Assembly: GCA_963727445.1 (NCBI GenBank)
Contig: CAVSGI010000009.1
Span: 32,001-96,000, forward strand
Direction of reading: 5' to 3'
Length of the DNA: 64,000 bases
Source: an uncultured delta proteobacterium
GTDB taxonomy: Bacteria > Myxococcota_A > Polyangia > Polyangiales > B10-G4
Within the stretch, counting starts at the first letter, position 1, and the number at the start of each line of letters is the position of its first letter. Under the pieces are notes generated by a model that worked only from the letters and a program-made list of their open reading frames with translations, had not been told where the DNA came from and ran no database searches. The position numbers were made by a program, and so were the translations under genes. Positions 17,149 to 27,814 of this stretch are shown here, piece after piece.

Positions 17149-18554
17149 GCGACCTTCCGCTTCCCCTCGGCAAGACACAACCCGGCGACGTCGTGGCCTT
17201 CGGCCCGCGGGGAGACGTGACGGCGCGCGAGGTCCTCGGGGGGGCGCGCGCCGTGGCCTCGGCGCTTCCCAAGGCCGACGTGGGCGACCAGGTGATCGTC
17301 CTGTGCCGGGACCGGCTCGCCTTTGCCGCTGCGCTCTTCGGCGCCTGGGAGGCGGGCTTCGGAGTGGCCCTGCCCCCCAACGCCCAGCCCGAGACCGTGA
17401 AGGCGATCCGTCATCGCCCGGAGATCGTCACCGTCCTCCACGACGGGGAAGGGCCGAAGGGCATCGACGTCCGCGGCATCCTCGACGCCGCACCACCCGA
17501 CGACGCGCCCCTGTCGCCCATCGCCGCGGAGCGCCATCTCGCCACCGTATTCACCTCCGGCTCCACCGGCGAGCATCGCGCCTGCCCCAAGACCGGCGCC
17601 CAGCTCCTGGGCGAAGTGAAGACGCTCCTCGCTGCGTTCCCCGAGGCGGCCGGCGCCCGCGTGCTCTCGGTGGTGCCGGCGCATCACATCTACGGCTTGC
17701 TCTTCGGCGTGCTCGTGCCCACCTGCGGAGGGGGCGCGTTCCATCGCGACGGACCGCGCGACGTCGAAGGTCTCGCGAAGGCGCTGAGCGAAAACGTACA
17801 CGTTTTGGTGAGCGTGCCCGCGCATCTGCGCAGCCTGCGCTTCGCGGAGGAAGGCCTCTTGCCGAAGGTCCAGCGCGTCTTCTCTTCGGGGGCGCCGCTG
17901 CCCGCGGACACCGCGAAGGACCTCGACAAGCGCGCGGGCTGGACAGTCACCGAGGTGCTGGGTTCCACGGAGACCGGAGGGATCGCCTGGCGCGATCGGA
18001 GCGCCGCGCCGGCCACGCCCTGGCAGCCCTTCCCCGGTGTCACGGTCGACGCAGGCGATGGCGAGCTGATGCTCCTCGAGTCGCCGCTCCTCTCGGCGGA
18101 CCTGCCCCAGCCCTACATCGGCGGCGACCGGGTCAAGCCTCTCCCCGATGGCCGCTTCGAGCACCTGGGCCGCGCCGACGGCGTCCTCAAGGTCGGCAGC
18201 AACCGCGTGTCGGTGGCCGAGCTCGCCGCGCGCCTGGCCGAGATCGACGGCGTGAACGACGCCGCGGTCCTGCCGGTGGAGGTGGGCGGCGCGCGCGGGG
18301 TGGAGACCTGGGCGGCGCTCGTAGCACCGGGGCTCGACGCCAAGACGATCCGCACGGCCCTCCGCAAGTGGCTCGCGCCGGTGGTCATCCCGCGCCGCTT
18401 TCGTTTCGTCGACGCGCTGCCGCGGCAGGAGAGCGGCAAGCTCCGGCGGGAGGACCTGCTCTCACTCTTCGAGACGCCGATGGAGGACGATCGCGAGGGC
18501 GTGACCTCGCCGGGGGTGCTCAGCGCACCGGAGAGGTCCGGGGGCGACGCGTGA
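17145..18554 (+). CDS. AMP-dependent acyl/aryl-ACP ligase
   Basis: FTSGSTG, HHIYGLLFG, SSGAPL, GSTETGG, GRADGVLK, LPRQESGK. Confidence 0.88.
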   Translation: MSDLPLPLGKTQPGDVVAFGPRGDVTAREVLGGARAVASALPKADVGDQVIVLCRDRLAFAAALFGAWEAGFGVALPPNAQPETVKAIRHRPEIVTVLHDGEGPKGIDVRGILDAAPPDDAPLSPIAAERHLATVFTSGSTGEHRACPKTGAQLLGEVKTLLAAFPEAAGARVLSVVPAHHIYGLLFGVLVPTCGGGAFHRDGPRDVEGLAKALSENVHVLVSVPAHLRSLRFAEEGLLPKVQRVFSSGAPLPADTAKDLDKRAGWTVTEVLGSTETGGIAWRDRSAAPATPWQPFPGVTVDAGDGELMLLESPLLSADLPQPYIGGDRVKPLPDGRFEHLGRADGVLKVGSNRVSVAELAARLAEIDGVNDAAVLPVEVGGARGVETWAALVAPGLDAKTIRTALRKWLAPVVIPRRFRFVDALPRQESGKLRREDLLSLFETPMEDDREGVTSPGVLSAPERSGGDA

Positions 18555-19303
18555 ACGCGGGGGCCGCGGTGAAGGTCACCGGGGTCGTGCCTACCTACGA
18601 CAACCCGGCGACGATTCGACAGGTCGCCGAGCGGCTGCGCACGCACCTCGACCACGTGATCGTCGTCGACGACGGGTCGGGCGAAGAGGGACGAAAGGCC
18701 TGCGAAGCGCTCGCCGAGGACGGGACCGCGCACGTGGTTCACCGTCAGTTCAACGGCGGCAAGGGGGCCGCCGTGAAGACCGGCCTCGTGGCTGCGAAAG
18801 AGCTCGGCTTCACCCACGCGCTCCAGGTCGACGCGGACATGCAGCACGACCTCGACGACGTGCCCCGCTTTCTCGAGACGATGCGGAAAAGCCCCGACGC
18901 GTTGATCCTCGGTGACCCGCGCTACGACGAGAGCGCCCCCGGCGCGCGTCAGGTGGGGCGCAGGATCAACACCTTCTGGATCACCGTCGAGTGCGGCAAG
19001 GGCGTGATCGGCGACGCCATGTGCGGCTTCCGCATGTATCCGGTCGACGCCGCGCTCGCGGTCGACGCGCGCGGCGACGCCATGGACTTCGATCCCGAGA
19101 TCGCGGTGCGCATGGTTTGGGCGGGCGTGCCGGTGATCAACCTGCCGACGAAGGTCCGCTACCTCGGCGAAGGGGAGGGCGGCGTCAGCCACTTCCGCGT
19201 CTTCCGCGACAACTTCCTGCTCAGCTGGCTTCACTTCCGCCTCTCGGTCCGCCGCGTCTTCGGGTTGATCTTCGGCGCGCGTCCGAAAGCGCTTCCCGGG
19301 TGA
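18551..19303 (+). CDS. Glycosyltransferase family 2
   Basis: VPTYDN, VVDDGS, NGGKGAA, QVDADMQH, DAMCGFRMYP. Confidence 0.9.
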   Translation: MNAGAAVKVTGVVPTYDNPATIRQVAERLRTHLDHVIVVDDGSGEEGRKACEALAEDGTAHVVHRQFNGGKGAAVKTGLVAAKELGFTHALQVDADMQHDLDDVPRFLETMRKSPDALILGDPRYDESAPGARQVGRRINTFWITVECGKGVIGDAMCGFRMYPVDAALAVDARGDAMDFDPEIAVRMVWAGVPVINLPTKVRYLGEGEGGVSHFRVFRDNFLLSWLHFRLSVRRVFGLIFGARPKALPG

Positions 19304-19308
19304 GCGCC

Positions 19309-20239
19309 ATGGGAGAGGAAGCGCAAGCGGCCCCCGTCGAGCGGGCGGGATGGAAGGATCACGACGAGGTCGGCGCCGGCTGGGGCCTCGCCTTCCTGGT
19401 CCGCATCGCGACGGCCCTCGGCCGCGCTCCGGCGCGCTTCGTGGTCCGGATCATCGCCTTCTACTACGCCATCTTCTCCGCGCAGGCGCGCCGCACCGCC
19501 AACGCCTTTCTCGCGCGCGTCGGTGAGCGCACCGGGTTCTGGGCCGCGCACCGGCAGATCCTGCGCTTTGCGCAGGTGGCCCTCGACGCGCTCTTCTTCG
19601 TGCGCGGCAAGCTTCGCCACTTCGATGTGACCCGCGACGGCAAGGAGCACCTCGCCCACCTTCGCGACACCAAGACCGGCGCGGTGCTCCTCGGCGCGCA
19701 CGTCGGCTCGTTCTACGCGATGCGGGCGGCGGGGCAGAACGAGACGCTCCCGCTCTATCCGCTGGTCTTCACCAAGAACGCCCGGATGTTCAACGGCGCG
19801 CTCCGGCGTCTCGACCCCGAGAGCCAGACGCAGCTCATCGAGATGGACGACAAGGACATCGGCTTCATGCTGAAGGTGCGCGAGCTGGTGGAGAGCGGGG
19901 GTCTCATCGCCATCCTCGCCGACCGCCTCGCCGACGGCGCCAAGCACACGGAGGTCGACTTCCTCGGAAAGAAGGCGCGGCTCCCGGTCGGCCCCTACAT
20001 CCTCGCGGCCAGCCTGCGCTGCCCCGTCTATTTCGTCTGCGGCATCTACCGTGACCCGAAGCGATACGAGCTGCATTGCGAGCCCTTCGCCGAACGCATC
20101 GAGCTGCCGCGCCGCACGCGAAAAGAGGCGCTCGCAGAAGTACGCTCAACGGTACGCCGACGTCCTCGCCCGCTACGCGCGCGAGGCGCCCGACAATTGG
20201 TTCAACTTCTACGACTTCTGGGTGGACGACGATGAGTGA
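19309..20239 (+). CDS. Lipid A lauroyltransferase-like acyltransferase (frameshift near 20136)
   Basis: LLGAHVGS, ILADR, VDFLG..ARLPVGPY; WFNFYDFW in the shifted frame. Confidence 0.82.
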
Positions 20240-21767
20240 GTCAGAGGTGCCTCTCGGCGCGGGCCACGTGACGATCGAGGACGTGGTGGCGATCGCCGCG
20301 GGTCGCGCGGTGCCGGTGATCGACGCCGACGAGGAGATCCGTTCGCGCATCGCGCGGAGCGCCGGCATGGTGCAGGCCGCGGTGGACGATGGGCGCGTGG
20401 TCTACGGCGTCACCACCGGCTACGGCGCGTCGGCGAAGTTCGGCGTCGACTCCGAGATCGCGCCACGACATGCCGCTGAACCTGCTCCGCTATCACGGCT
20501 GCGGCACGGGCGAGCCTTTCAGCGCCGCCGAGAGCCGCGCCATCGTGGCGGTGCGCGCGGCGTCGCTCTCCCGCGGCTACTCGGGCGTGCGCCTCGCGCT
20601 GCTCGAGCGCCTCTGCGCGTTGGTCCAGAACGACATCGTCCCGGTCATCCCGCAGGAGGGCTCGGTGGGCGCGAGCGGAGACCTGACGCCGCTCTCCTAC
20701 GTGGCTGCCGCGCTCGTCGGCGAGCGCGAGGTCTGGAAGGAGGGCGCGCAGGTGCCGGCGGCGGAAGCCCTCGCCGCCGCGGGCCTCGAGCCGCTCAGCC
20801 TCCGCGCAAAGGAGGGCCTCGCGGTGCTCAACGGCACCAGCGTGATGACCGCCCTCGCGTGCCTGGCCTGGGATCGCGCGCGGCGCCTCGCGCGCCTCGC
20901 ATGCGCCACCACCGCGATGGTCTCGGACGTCCTCGACGGGGAGCCCGGTCACTTCACGACCGCATCTTCGAGCTCAAGCCGCACGCCGGCCAGCGCGGTC
21001 GCCGCGCGCTGGATCCGCGAGATCCTCGACCGCGAGAGCGACGAAGGAGGCGGCGCGCGGTCCAGGACCCGTATTCGATCCGCTGTGCGCCGCACGTGAT
21101 CGGCGTGCTCCTCGACGCGCTGCCCTTCACCCGCACGCTCATCGAGACCGAGGCGAACGGCGTGAACGACAACCCGCTGATCGATCCGGATCAGGGCCGG
21201 TATCTGCACGGCGGCAACTTCTACGGCGGGCACAGCTGCCTCGCGACCGACACCTTGAAGAACGTCGTCGCCAACGTCGCCGACCTGTTGGACCGCCAGC
21301 TCGCGCTCCTCTGCAATCCCGCCTCCAACCACGGCCTGCCCGCGAACCTCGTCGCGCGCACGGGCTACGACCGCTACGCGCATCACGGCTTCAAGGCGAT
21401 GGAGATCACGGCTAGCGCGCTGACCGCCGAGGCGCTGAAGATGGCGGGGCCGACCAGCGTCTTCAGCCGCTCCACCGAGTCGCACAACCAGGACAAGGTC
21501 AGCATGGGCACCATCAGCGCCCGCGAGGCGCTGCGCATCCTCGAGCTCAGCGAGACGGTGGCCGTGATGCATCTCCTCGCGCTGGTGCAGGCGGTGGATC
21601 TGCGCGGGCCCGAGACGGTGAGCGAGGCGGGGCGCGCCGTCTGGGAGGCCGTCCGCGCCGAGGTCCCGAAGAACGAGGCCGATCGCCGGATGGACGGCGA
21701 CATCCGGACCGTCCTCGCGATGCACCACGCCGGGCGACTTCCGGTGGGCGAGGTCGACTTCGGATGA
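20232..21767 (+). CDS. Aromatic amino acid ammonia-lyase, HAL/PAL/TAL family (about 4 frameshifts)
   Basis: VYGVTTGYG, GSVGASGDL (MIO), KEGLAVLNGT, QDPYSIRC, HGGNFYG, NQDKVSMG across two frames. Confidence 0.85.
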   Translation: MSESEVPLGAGHVTIEDVVAIAAGRAVPVIDADEEIRSRIARSAGMVQAAVDDGRVVYGVTTGYGASAKFGVDSEIAPRHAAEPAPLSRLRHGRAFQRRREPRHRGGARGVALPRLLGRAPRAARAPLRVGPERHRPGHPAGGLGGRERRPDAALLRGCRARRRARGLEGGRAGAGGGSPRRRGPRAAQPPRKGGPRGAQRHQRDDRPRVPGLGSRAAPRAPRMRHHRDGLGRPRRGARSLHDRIFELKPHAGQRGRRALDPRDPRPRERRRRRRAVQDPYSIRCAPHVIGVLLDALPFTRTLIETEANGVNDNPLIDPDQGRYLHGGNFYGGHSCLATDTLKNVVANVADLLDRQLALLCNPASNHGLPANLVARTGYDRYAHHGFKAMEITASALTAEALKMAGPTSVFSRSTESHNQDKVSMGTISAREALRILELSETVAVMHLLALVQAVDLRGPETVSEAGRAVWEAVRAEVPKNEADRRMDGDIRTVLAMHHAGRLPVGEVDFG

Positions 21768-22192
21768 AGATTCCAGCCGATCACGTCGTCTACGAGGCCC
21801 GGGTCCCCTTCCACGACTGCGACCCCCTGGCCATCGTATGGCACGGCAATTACTACAAATATCTGGAGATCGCCCGGGAGAAGCTCCTCGGCCGCTACCG
21901 CCTGAGCGTGCGCGACTTCATGGAGATGGGGTGGCGCCTGGTGATGATCGAGACTCGCTGCAGACACGTGTCGCCTCTGCGCCACGACGACCGTTTCCAA
22001 GTCAAAGCCTGGTTCATCGAGACCGACATGCGTCTTCACATCGGCTACGAGATCCGCAACCTCTCGAACGACGACCGCCGCGTGGCGAAGGCGTGGACGA
22101 CGCTGGTCTGCACCGATGCGAACGAGGTGATGCAGCTCGAGGTGCCTCGGGACGTGCGGCAGCGAATCCTGGCGGGGCCGACCGATGAGTGA
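21764..22192 (+). CDS. Hotdog-fold acyl thioesterase
   Basis: VPFHDCDPLAIVWHGNYYKYLEIAR. Confidence 0.88.
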   Translation: MKIPADHVVYEARVPFHDCDPLAIVWHGNYYKYLEIAREKLLGRYRLSVRDFMEMGWRLVMIETRCRHVSPLRHDDRFQVKAWFIETDMRLHIGYEIRNLSNDDRRVAKAWTTLVCTDANEVMQLEVPRDVRQRILAGPTDE

Positions 22193-22842
22193 GGGGGCGA
22201 AGATCACCCGGCGCGATTTCCTGGCGCTCGCGGGCGCTGGCCTGCGCCGCCGCGCTGCCGCTCCCGCTGCGCGCCTTCGCTCAAGAGCGGCGCATGACCC
22301 TCGAGCGGCTGCTCACGGCGTTCTCCTCCATGCCTGGGCTCAGCGCGAGGTTCACCGAGGAGAAGCGCATGGCGATGCTCGCCGTGCCGCTGGTGAGCGA
22401 AGGGGAGATCCTCTTCGCGCCGCCGGACGCGCTCCTGCGCAAGATCACCTCGCCCACGCCCAGCGTCGCGCTCCTCGACGGCGGCCATCTCACCCTCGAG
22501 AGCGGCGGCCGGCGCCAGGAGATGGATCTCAGCCAGAACGCCGTGGTGGAGGGCTTCGTGGACACCTTCCGCCACGTCCTCGCCGGCGACCAGGAGGCCC
22601 TCGAGGCGACCTATCGCATCAGCTTCGAGGCGAACGAAGACGGCTGGCGCCTCACCCTCCGCCCCAAGACGCGCGCGCTTCAGCGCTTCTTGCGCGACAT
22701 GGTCCTCGAGGGTGACGGCGCCTCGCTCCAGAAGATGACGATGAACGAGGCCAACGGCGACACCAGCGTCACCACCTTCCACGACGTGAACGCCCACCGC
22801 CGCTTCAGCGCGGCCGAGCGCGCGCGCCTCTTCCGGATCTGA
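22185..22842 (+). CDS. LolA-like carrier protein with Tat-like signal (frameshift near 22240)
   Basis: TRRDFL signal; ARFTEEK, PLVSEG, WRLTLRPK, EANGDTS. Confidence 0.78.
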
Positions 22843-22854
22843 ACGGGGACACGC

Positions 22855-23923
22855 CTAGTCCGCGATGAAGAGTGCGGTGAGCTGGCGCCGCCAGAAGCCG
22901 GCTTCTCCGCGCCGGATCTTCCCGCGCAGGTAGAACGTGTGGTCGCCCGCGCCGCCCACTGGGAACGTGGCGGTTCGGCTCAGGGAGAGGGTCGAGTTGG
23001 CCGTCACCCAGAAGAAGGATCGAATCCCCCATCGAGGCTGGCGTCGTCGCATCGTCGGTGACCTTCAGGTAGCCCTCGCTGCGATCGACCGAGGGATCGC
23101 AGTCGAAGCCGTCGCCGGAGGCCGGCGACGCACAGAAGACCTCGGTGGTCCCGAAGACGACGACCACACCCGTTCCTGGCGCGGTGATGGTCACCTGCTG
23201 CAGGGTGGTGTCCACGCTTCCGGTGAGGTTGAGGTTGGGCTCGGTGAAGCTCGAGGCGGTCAAGGCGGGCCCCGCGGAGGACCCGTTGCAAGCGTAGCTC
23301 GTCGACGTGATCTCCGAGGGATCCAGCGTGCCGCTTCCGTCCGTGTCTGGCCCGCTGTCGATCCGCGTTCCCCCGTCGGCGCAGCTGGCTCCAGCCGGCT
23401 CCGGGGTCGAGCGCGTCAGATACGTCACGCCGTCGACACCATCGACGCCATCGACGCCGTCCACCCCATCGACGCCGTTGCAGACGAAGCCGGTGGCGAG
23501 GATCTCGTCGGTACCGAGCATTCCATCCGCGTCCGTGTCGGCTCCCGAGTCGATTCGGAACCCGCCGGCTTCGCAGTTCACGCCAGGCGCTTCTGGAGAC
23601 ACCTGGGTCAGGTAGGACACGCCGTCGGCGCCATCGGCGCCATCGGCGCCAGCCACTCCGTCGGTCCCATCCGTGCCGCTCACGCCGTCCACCCCGTCGG
23701 TGCCATCCGTGCCGTCGCACACCAGTTGTTCATCGCGCACTTCGCTCGGATCGAGCGTGCCGCTCCCATCGGCGTCGGTTCCCACCGAAACGCGAATACC
23801 GCCGCTCGGGCACATGCCACCCGCCTCTTCACGGGCCAACGTGGTCAGCTCGGCGCTATCACCAGCGCAACCCAAGCCGCCGACCCACACCATCGCCACG
23901 GCGAAAACCCACACCATCTTCAT
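22855..23923 (-). CDS. Lipoprotein with three Cys/Asp-rich modules and collagen-like DGx linkers (frameshift near 23025)
   Basis: Lipobox LGC; 3x E-x-x-G-x-x-C-x-x-GG-x-R...D-x-D-x-x-G-x-L...C; DGTDGTDGVDG runs. Confidence 0.75.
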
Positions 23924-23991
23924 CTCGAACGTCTCCTCTCTGGCCCCTGAGGGCAGGACAAACATCGGTCGTTCCACCAACTTCTCGAGGG

Positions 23992-25275
23992 CTAGCGCCA
24001 GTCGCGTGACCAGGTCACGCGCCAGCCGACCGGGAAGTGCTCCAGGAGAACTGCGAAGGAGGCCCAGCGTCCGTTGCCGCGGCTGACAATCGCCATCGCG
24101 GTCGGGTAGTTCTTCTGGCCGGTGACATAGACGGGCCCCACGGTGGTCTCCATATCAGACCGGGAGTCGACGATCTGCTGGGCGAGGGCGACCCGCGCGG
24201 GCTCGTCGAGCCAGTCGCAGTAGAAGCCCTCCATCGTCGCCCGGTAGGCGGCGGCGTCCGAATCGTTCATCGCTGCATCGGCGTGCTGGATGAGTGCGAC
24301 GATCTCGCGGCGGTCGGCTTCGGAGACCTGGGAGTCGTAATAGGAGCTGACGTCTTCCACGGTGGTGCGCCAGTACGCCTTGAAAGAGCGCCAACTGTCG
24401 CCGGTTGCTTCGGGCACCGCGTAACGCATGAGCGTGTCGATCGCCCGGGCGGAGTCGATGCAGCCCTCGATGTCGTGTTCGAAGCAGGAGCTGCCGCTCC
24501 GAACCGCAGTGGCCCGGATGAGCTTGACCAACCCGGTGATGCCGTACGCATCGACGAACGCCTGCACGAAGGAGCCCGCACGGCCGTAGGCATCGCCCCG
24601 CACGTCCACGTCCTCGAAGGTGGCGACGTGAAGACTGGAATCCACGGCCAACTCGGCGGCATACGCCTCGTGTAGGTCGCGGGAGGCCTGGTCGAAGTAC
24701 TCGGCAACGCCCTCGCTCAGGAACGGGAGCAGCGAATACGTGGGCCCCACGAGGTAATAGGTGAGGATGTGCGTGATCTCGTGTCCGTAGCGCACCGACT
24801 CGTACGCGTTCTCATCACCGGTATAGATGACGTAGTATCGGTCCTGCCCCGGACGGGCGTTCCCGACGCCGACGTGATGCGCCCGGGCGGCCAGGCGACT
24901 CGGCGAGAGATAGGCGTCGACCACCGGAGTCTCCCTGATCCCGAGGGTCGTTCGGATGTCGTCGTACGCACGCTGGCGCCTTTCCGCGATGAGGTCCAAG
25001 TCGCCTTCGGCCGCGGTCCCCGGAAGATAGTGGAATCGGAACGAGCCACGCGTCGCAACTGTCCAGGGCACGTCTGCGAACGTCGGCTCGTCGCACGAGT
25101 CGAGCTCGAGTGCCGCGAGAGGCGCGGTGGCCGCGGCGCCAGACCCGGCGTCCGCGTCCTGCCCGCTACTCCTGACGGACTCGCTGACGGCGGAGACACT
25201 CGGGTCGATGTCGGCGCACGCGGCGAAGATGGTGAGAGAGACGATGAGGGATAGCGCGGTGAGGACATTGTTCAT
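23992..25275 (-). CDS. Lipoprotein zinc metallopeptidase (HExxH...E), paralog 1
   Basis: Lipobox FAAC, HEITH, LSEGVAEY. Confidence 0.78.
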   Translation of the reverse strand: MNNVLTALSLIVSLTIFAACADIDPSVSAVSESVRSSGQDADAGSGAAATAPLAALELDSCDEPTFADVPWTVATRGSFRFHYLPGTAAEGDLDLIAERRQRAYDDIRTTLGIRETPVVDAYLSPSRLAARAHHVGVGNARPGQDRYYVIYTGDENAYESVRYGHEITHILTYYLVGPTYSLLPFLSEGVAEYFDQASRDLHEAYAAELAVDSSLHVATFEDVDVRGDAYGRAGSFVQAFVDAYGITGLVKLIRATAVRSGSSCFEHDIEGCIDSARAIDTLMRYAVPEATGDSWRSFKAYWRTTVEDVSSYYDSQVSEADRREIVALIQHADAAMNDSDAAAYRATMEGFYCDWLDEPARVALAQQIVDSRSDMETTVGPVYVTGQKNYPTAMAIVSRGNGRWASFAVLLEHFPVGWRVTWSRDWR

Positions 25276-25282
25276 GCAAGTG

Positions 25283-25310
25283 TCATCGACCGACTCGCGC
25301 TGTGGTTGAG
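25283..25310 (-). promoter_or_regulatory. sigma28-like promoter, near-leaderless
   Basis: CTCAAC-N14-GTCGATGA, 7 nt, then ATG 25275. Confidence 0.55.
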
Positions 25311-25318
25311 GTACGAAC

Positions 25319-25719
25319 GTGCAGGAACATCACTTCGCGACGATTCGCCGCGCGCGTCCGTCAACTGCCCCGAGCCCGACAGTCACTGTCCAGCGGAAGT
25401 TCGCAGCCGAGGCGCTGGTCGATGCGCTGGCGGCCATCGAGCTGAGAGCGAGCGTCCGCCGGAGCGCCTCGCGGCGCTCCTCGCGGAGCGTCAAGAAATC
25501 CTCACCCGGATCCAAGAATCTGACACCAGCGCGCTCGCCGAAGAACACCGGCGAACCCTCCACGACCGCCTTCGGGCCGTGCTCGAGCGCGACGTAGTGC
25601 TCGCACGGTTCTACTGGCGCAGCAGAAGTCCTTGGATTCACGGCGCGACGATGCGCTGGGCGCGCAACCCCATGCGTGGCTACCAGCTCGCGGCCGAGAT
25701 CACGAAGCGCTCGGCCTGA
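25319..25719 (+). CDS. Small helical protein, FliT-like (frameshift near 25457)
   Basis: ERLAALLAERQEILTRIQ resembles FliT/FlgN-type helices; weak. Confidence 0.3.
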
Positions 25720-25764
25720 CGGGCACGGTCGTTGCTCTGTCCTCCCCCGAACGTGGAGGTCAGC

Positions 25765-26430
25765 ATGGAGGTAGAGCGAGCGAGCGGCGATTTCACACCG
25801 ACACTCGAAGACGTGGTGACGGCTGTCCAAACGTCGCTCGACCAGGTGGCGATGGATGCACGGGCGGTTCATCGCAAGGGCATCAGCCCGGAGACCATCG
25901 AGGAGCTCTTCACGGTGCGCTTTCTCAAGCTCCGTCTCGAGCACCGTCTCGACGCACTCCTCGAAGGCGGGCTCCTCAACCTGAGCGTTTGCCGCGAGGA
26001 GCGGCCCGTCGAGATGCTGGCGCGCGTCCTCGACGAGATTCGGCCCGAATGCCAGCGGCTGGGGATCGAGTGCAACGCCCCGATCGCAGCGTCCGGAGCC
26101 ACCGTTCGGATCGACGGCCACCAGCTCGAAGAGGCCCTGCGCGGCCTCGTGGAGGAGCTGGTCGTCGGCGCCGGGGTCGACGACGTGATCCACGTGACGG
26201 CCACCGAACCCGGTGACGGAAGCATCGAGTTGACGATGCGCCGTCAGGGAAAGCCGGTCGAGCCGTCCCTGAGCCGTTCGGGCATCGCGCTCCTCCTCGA
26301 CGCGGACGAAGCGTCCGGCGTCCGCCTCGACGTCGACCATTCGGGCTTTCGAGCCACCATTCGGCCTGCGCTCGAGAACCGACGACGGACCACCCGAGGA
26401 CCCTGGCTCTTCCCCGCGCCGGCGGCATGA
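25765..26430 (+). CDS. Degenerate HATPase-like protein
   Basis: VRIDGHQLEEALRGLVEE...IHVTA...IELTMRRQG follows the kinase ATPase pattern but lacks N-box Asn and G boxes. Confidence 0.45.
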   Translation: MEVERASGDFTPTLEDVVTAVQTSLDQVAMDARAVHRKGISPETIEELFTVRFLKLRLEHRLDALLEGGLLNLSVCREERPVEMLARVLDEIRPECQRLGIECNAPIAASGATVRIDGHQLEEALRGLVEELVVGAGVDDVIHVTATEPGDGSIELTMRRQGKPVEPSLSRSGIALLLDADEASGVRLDVDHSGFRATIRPALENRRRTTRGPWLFPAPAA

Positions 26431-26500
26431 TTCAGGCTCGCCGCTTCGCCACGTTCGCGACGAGTGGCTCGGGTCTCTCCGGCGTCGGTGGGGACGGCGG

Positions 26501-27694
26501 CTAGTGGTTCCGCGCCCGTTCGCGCCAACGCGGCAGATGCTCGCGCACACCTGGAACGTCGAGGATGCGTGCGTCCAGCTCGGCGTCCGGAGCGTGCACC
26601 AGGCGGCTGCTGATCTGAACGACCTCCTCGACGCCGAGTGCTTCGATCGCTCGCGTCGGTTGGCGGTGATGAAACGCCACTCCATCGACGATCGCGTCGT
26701 CGAGACCCCAGACCCCGAGGATGAAAGCACCCACCTCGGCGTGGGAGCTCCCCAGGATCTGGCGTTCGGCGATTTCGAGTGGCTCGTCGAGGCGCTTTGC
26801 GCGCTCGGCCGCCATGACCCAGCGTTCCGGCATTCGGGATGCGAGCACGAGCAGGCCCACGTCGTGGAGCAGAGTCGCGATGACGGCTACGGGCTCGACG
26901 CCCAGATCGCTGACGATCGCGCGCGCGACGAGCGAGGCGGTGTAGCTGTGCCGCTGGAGCTCGCCCACGTCGAGGTGGCGAAAACCGGGGGGGAGGCCTT
27001 CGAAGAGCTCTGCCTGAAGCACGAGGGCACGGACCAGGTCGCCGCCTAGAAACGCGATGGCTTCGCGGAGATCCTGAGCGCGGCGCGGCAGGGCGAAGAA
27101 CGCCGAGGAGGCCACGTGGAGGAGCCGAGCGGTCATCGCCGGGTCCTGCTCGATGATCGACGCCACCTCCTCGAAGGAGGCGTCGGCGTCGTCCAACGTT
27201 TGTGTGAGCTGAGCGAAGAGCAAAGGCGCGACGACGAGGGCGTTGTCGCCGGTGAGCCGTTCCCGCAACACGGGATCCGCGATGATGCCGCGCAGGGCGC
27301 GGGCCCGCTCGAGGGCTTCGCGGAGCCTCTGGAGCGAGCCACCCTTGTCGAGGAACTGATGTGCCGCCTGGGTAGCCATGGTGGCGCGCGTCCGGTCGTT
27401 GTTGCCGCTCAGGAGGATCCGGATCGCTTCGGGATGGCGGCGCTGCACCTCCTTCAGGAGGTCGACGCCATCCATGTCCGGCATGTGGAGATCGCTCACC
27501 ACGATATCGAAGGCGTATTCGTCGAGCGTCTTCAGGGCCACCGCTGGTTGGCTGACGCAGACGACCTCCCAGGAATCGGGCCACGTCTTGACGTAGCGCG
27601 CGATGCTCCGGAGGAGCAGGCGCGAGTCGTCCACGAACAGGACGCGTGATGGGGCGGGCGGTGGCGATGAAGGTGGATGGGTAGCTACTCTCAT
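26501..27694 (-). CDS. Response regulator with HDOD domain
   Basis: VLFVDD, VSDLHMP, EQDPAMTARLL, LLHDVG, HAEVGA. Confidence 0.9.
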   Translation of the reverse strand: MRVATHPPSSPPPAPSRVLFVDDSRLLLRSIARYVKTWPDSWEVVCVSQPAVALKTLDEYAFDIVVSDLHMPDMDGVDLLKEVQRRHPEAIRILLSGNNDRTRATMATQAAHQFLDKGGSLQRLREALERARALRGIIADPVLRERLTGDNALVVAPLLFAQLTQTLDDADASFEEVASIIEQDPAMTARLLHVASSAFFALPRRAQDLREAIAFLGGDLVRALVLQAELFEGLPPGFRHLDVGELQRHSYTASLVARAIVSDLGVEPVAVIATLLHDVGLLVLASRMPERWVMAAERAKRLDEPLEIAERQILGSSHAEVGAFILGVWGLDDAIVDGVAFHHRQPTRAIEALGVEEVVQISSRLVHAPDAELDARILDVPGVREHLPRWRERARNH

Positions 27695-27722
27695 GGGTCG
27701 TCGCGATGCTCGCGTCCGAAAG

Positions 27723-27750
27723 GATCGAACGGTCCGCCCGAAGACTTGAG
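27723..27750 (-). promoter_or_regulatory. sigma28-like promoter
   Basis: CTCAAG-N14-GTTCGATC upstream of the REC-HDOD gene. Confidence 0.45.
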
Positions 27751-27786
27751 CCGGAAGAGAGCCGCGGAGGTGGTGGCGGAGCTCTC

Positions 27787-27814
27787 TAAAGATCTCCCGC
27801 GGTCATGCCGATGC
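27787..27814 (+). promoter_or_regulatory. sigma28-like promoter
   Basis: TAAAG-N15-GCCGATGC upstream of the REC-EAL operon. Confidence 0.7.

Noticed and set aside
20232..21767. Programmed frameshifting in the ammonia-lyase and other genes
   Set aside because: No consistent slippery sites, and breaks are scattered over unrelated genes
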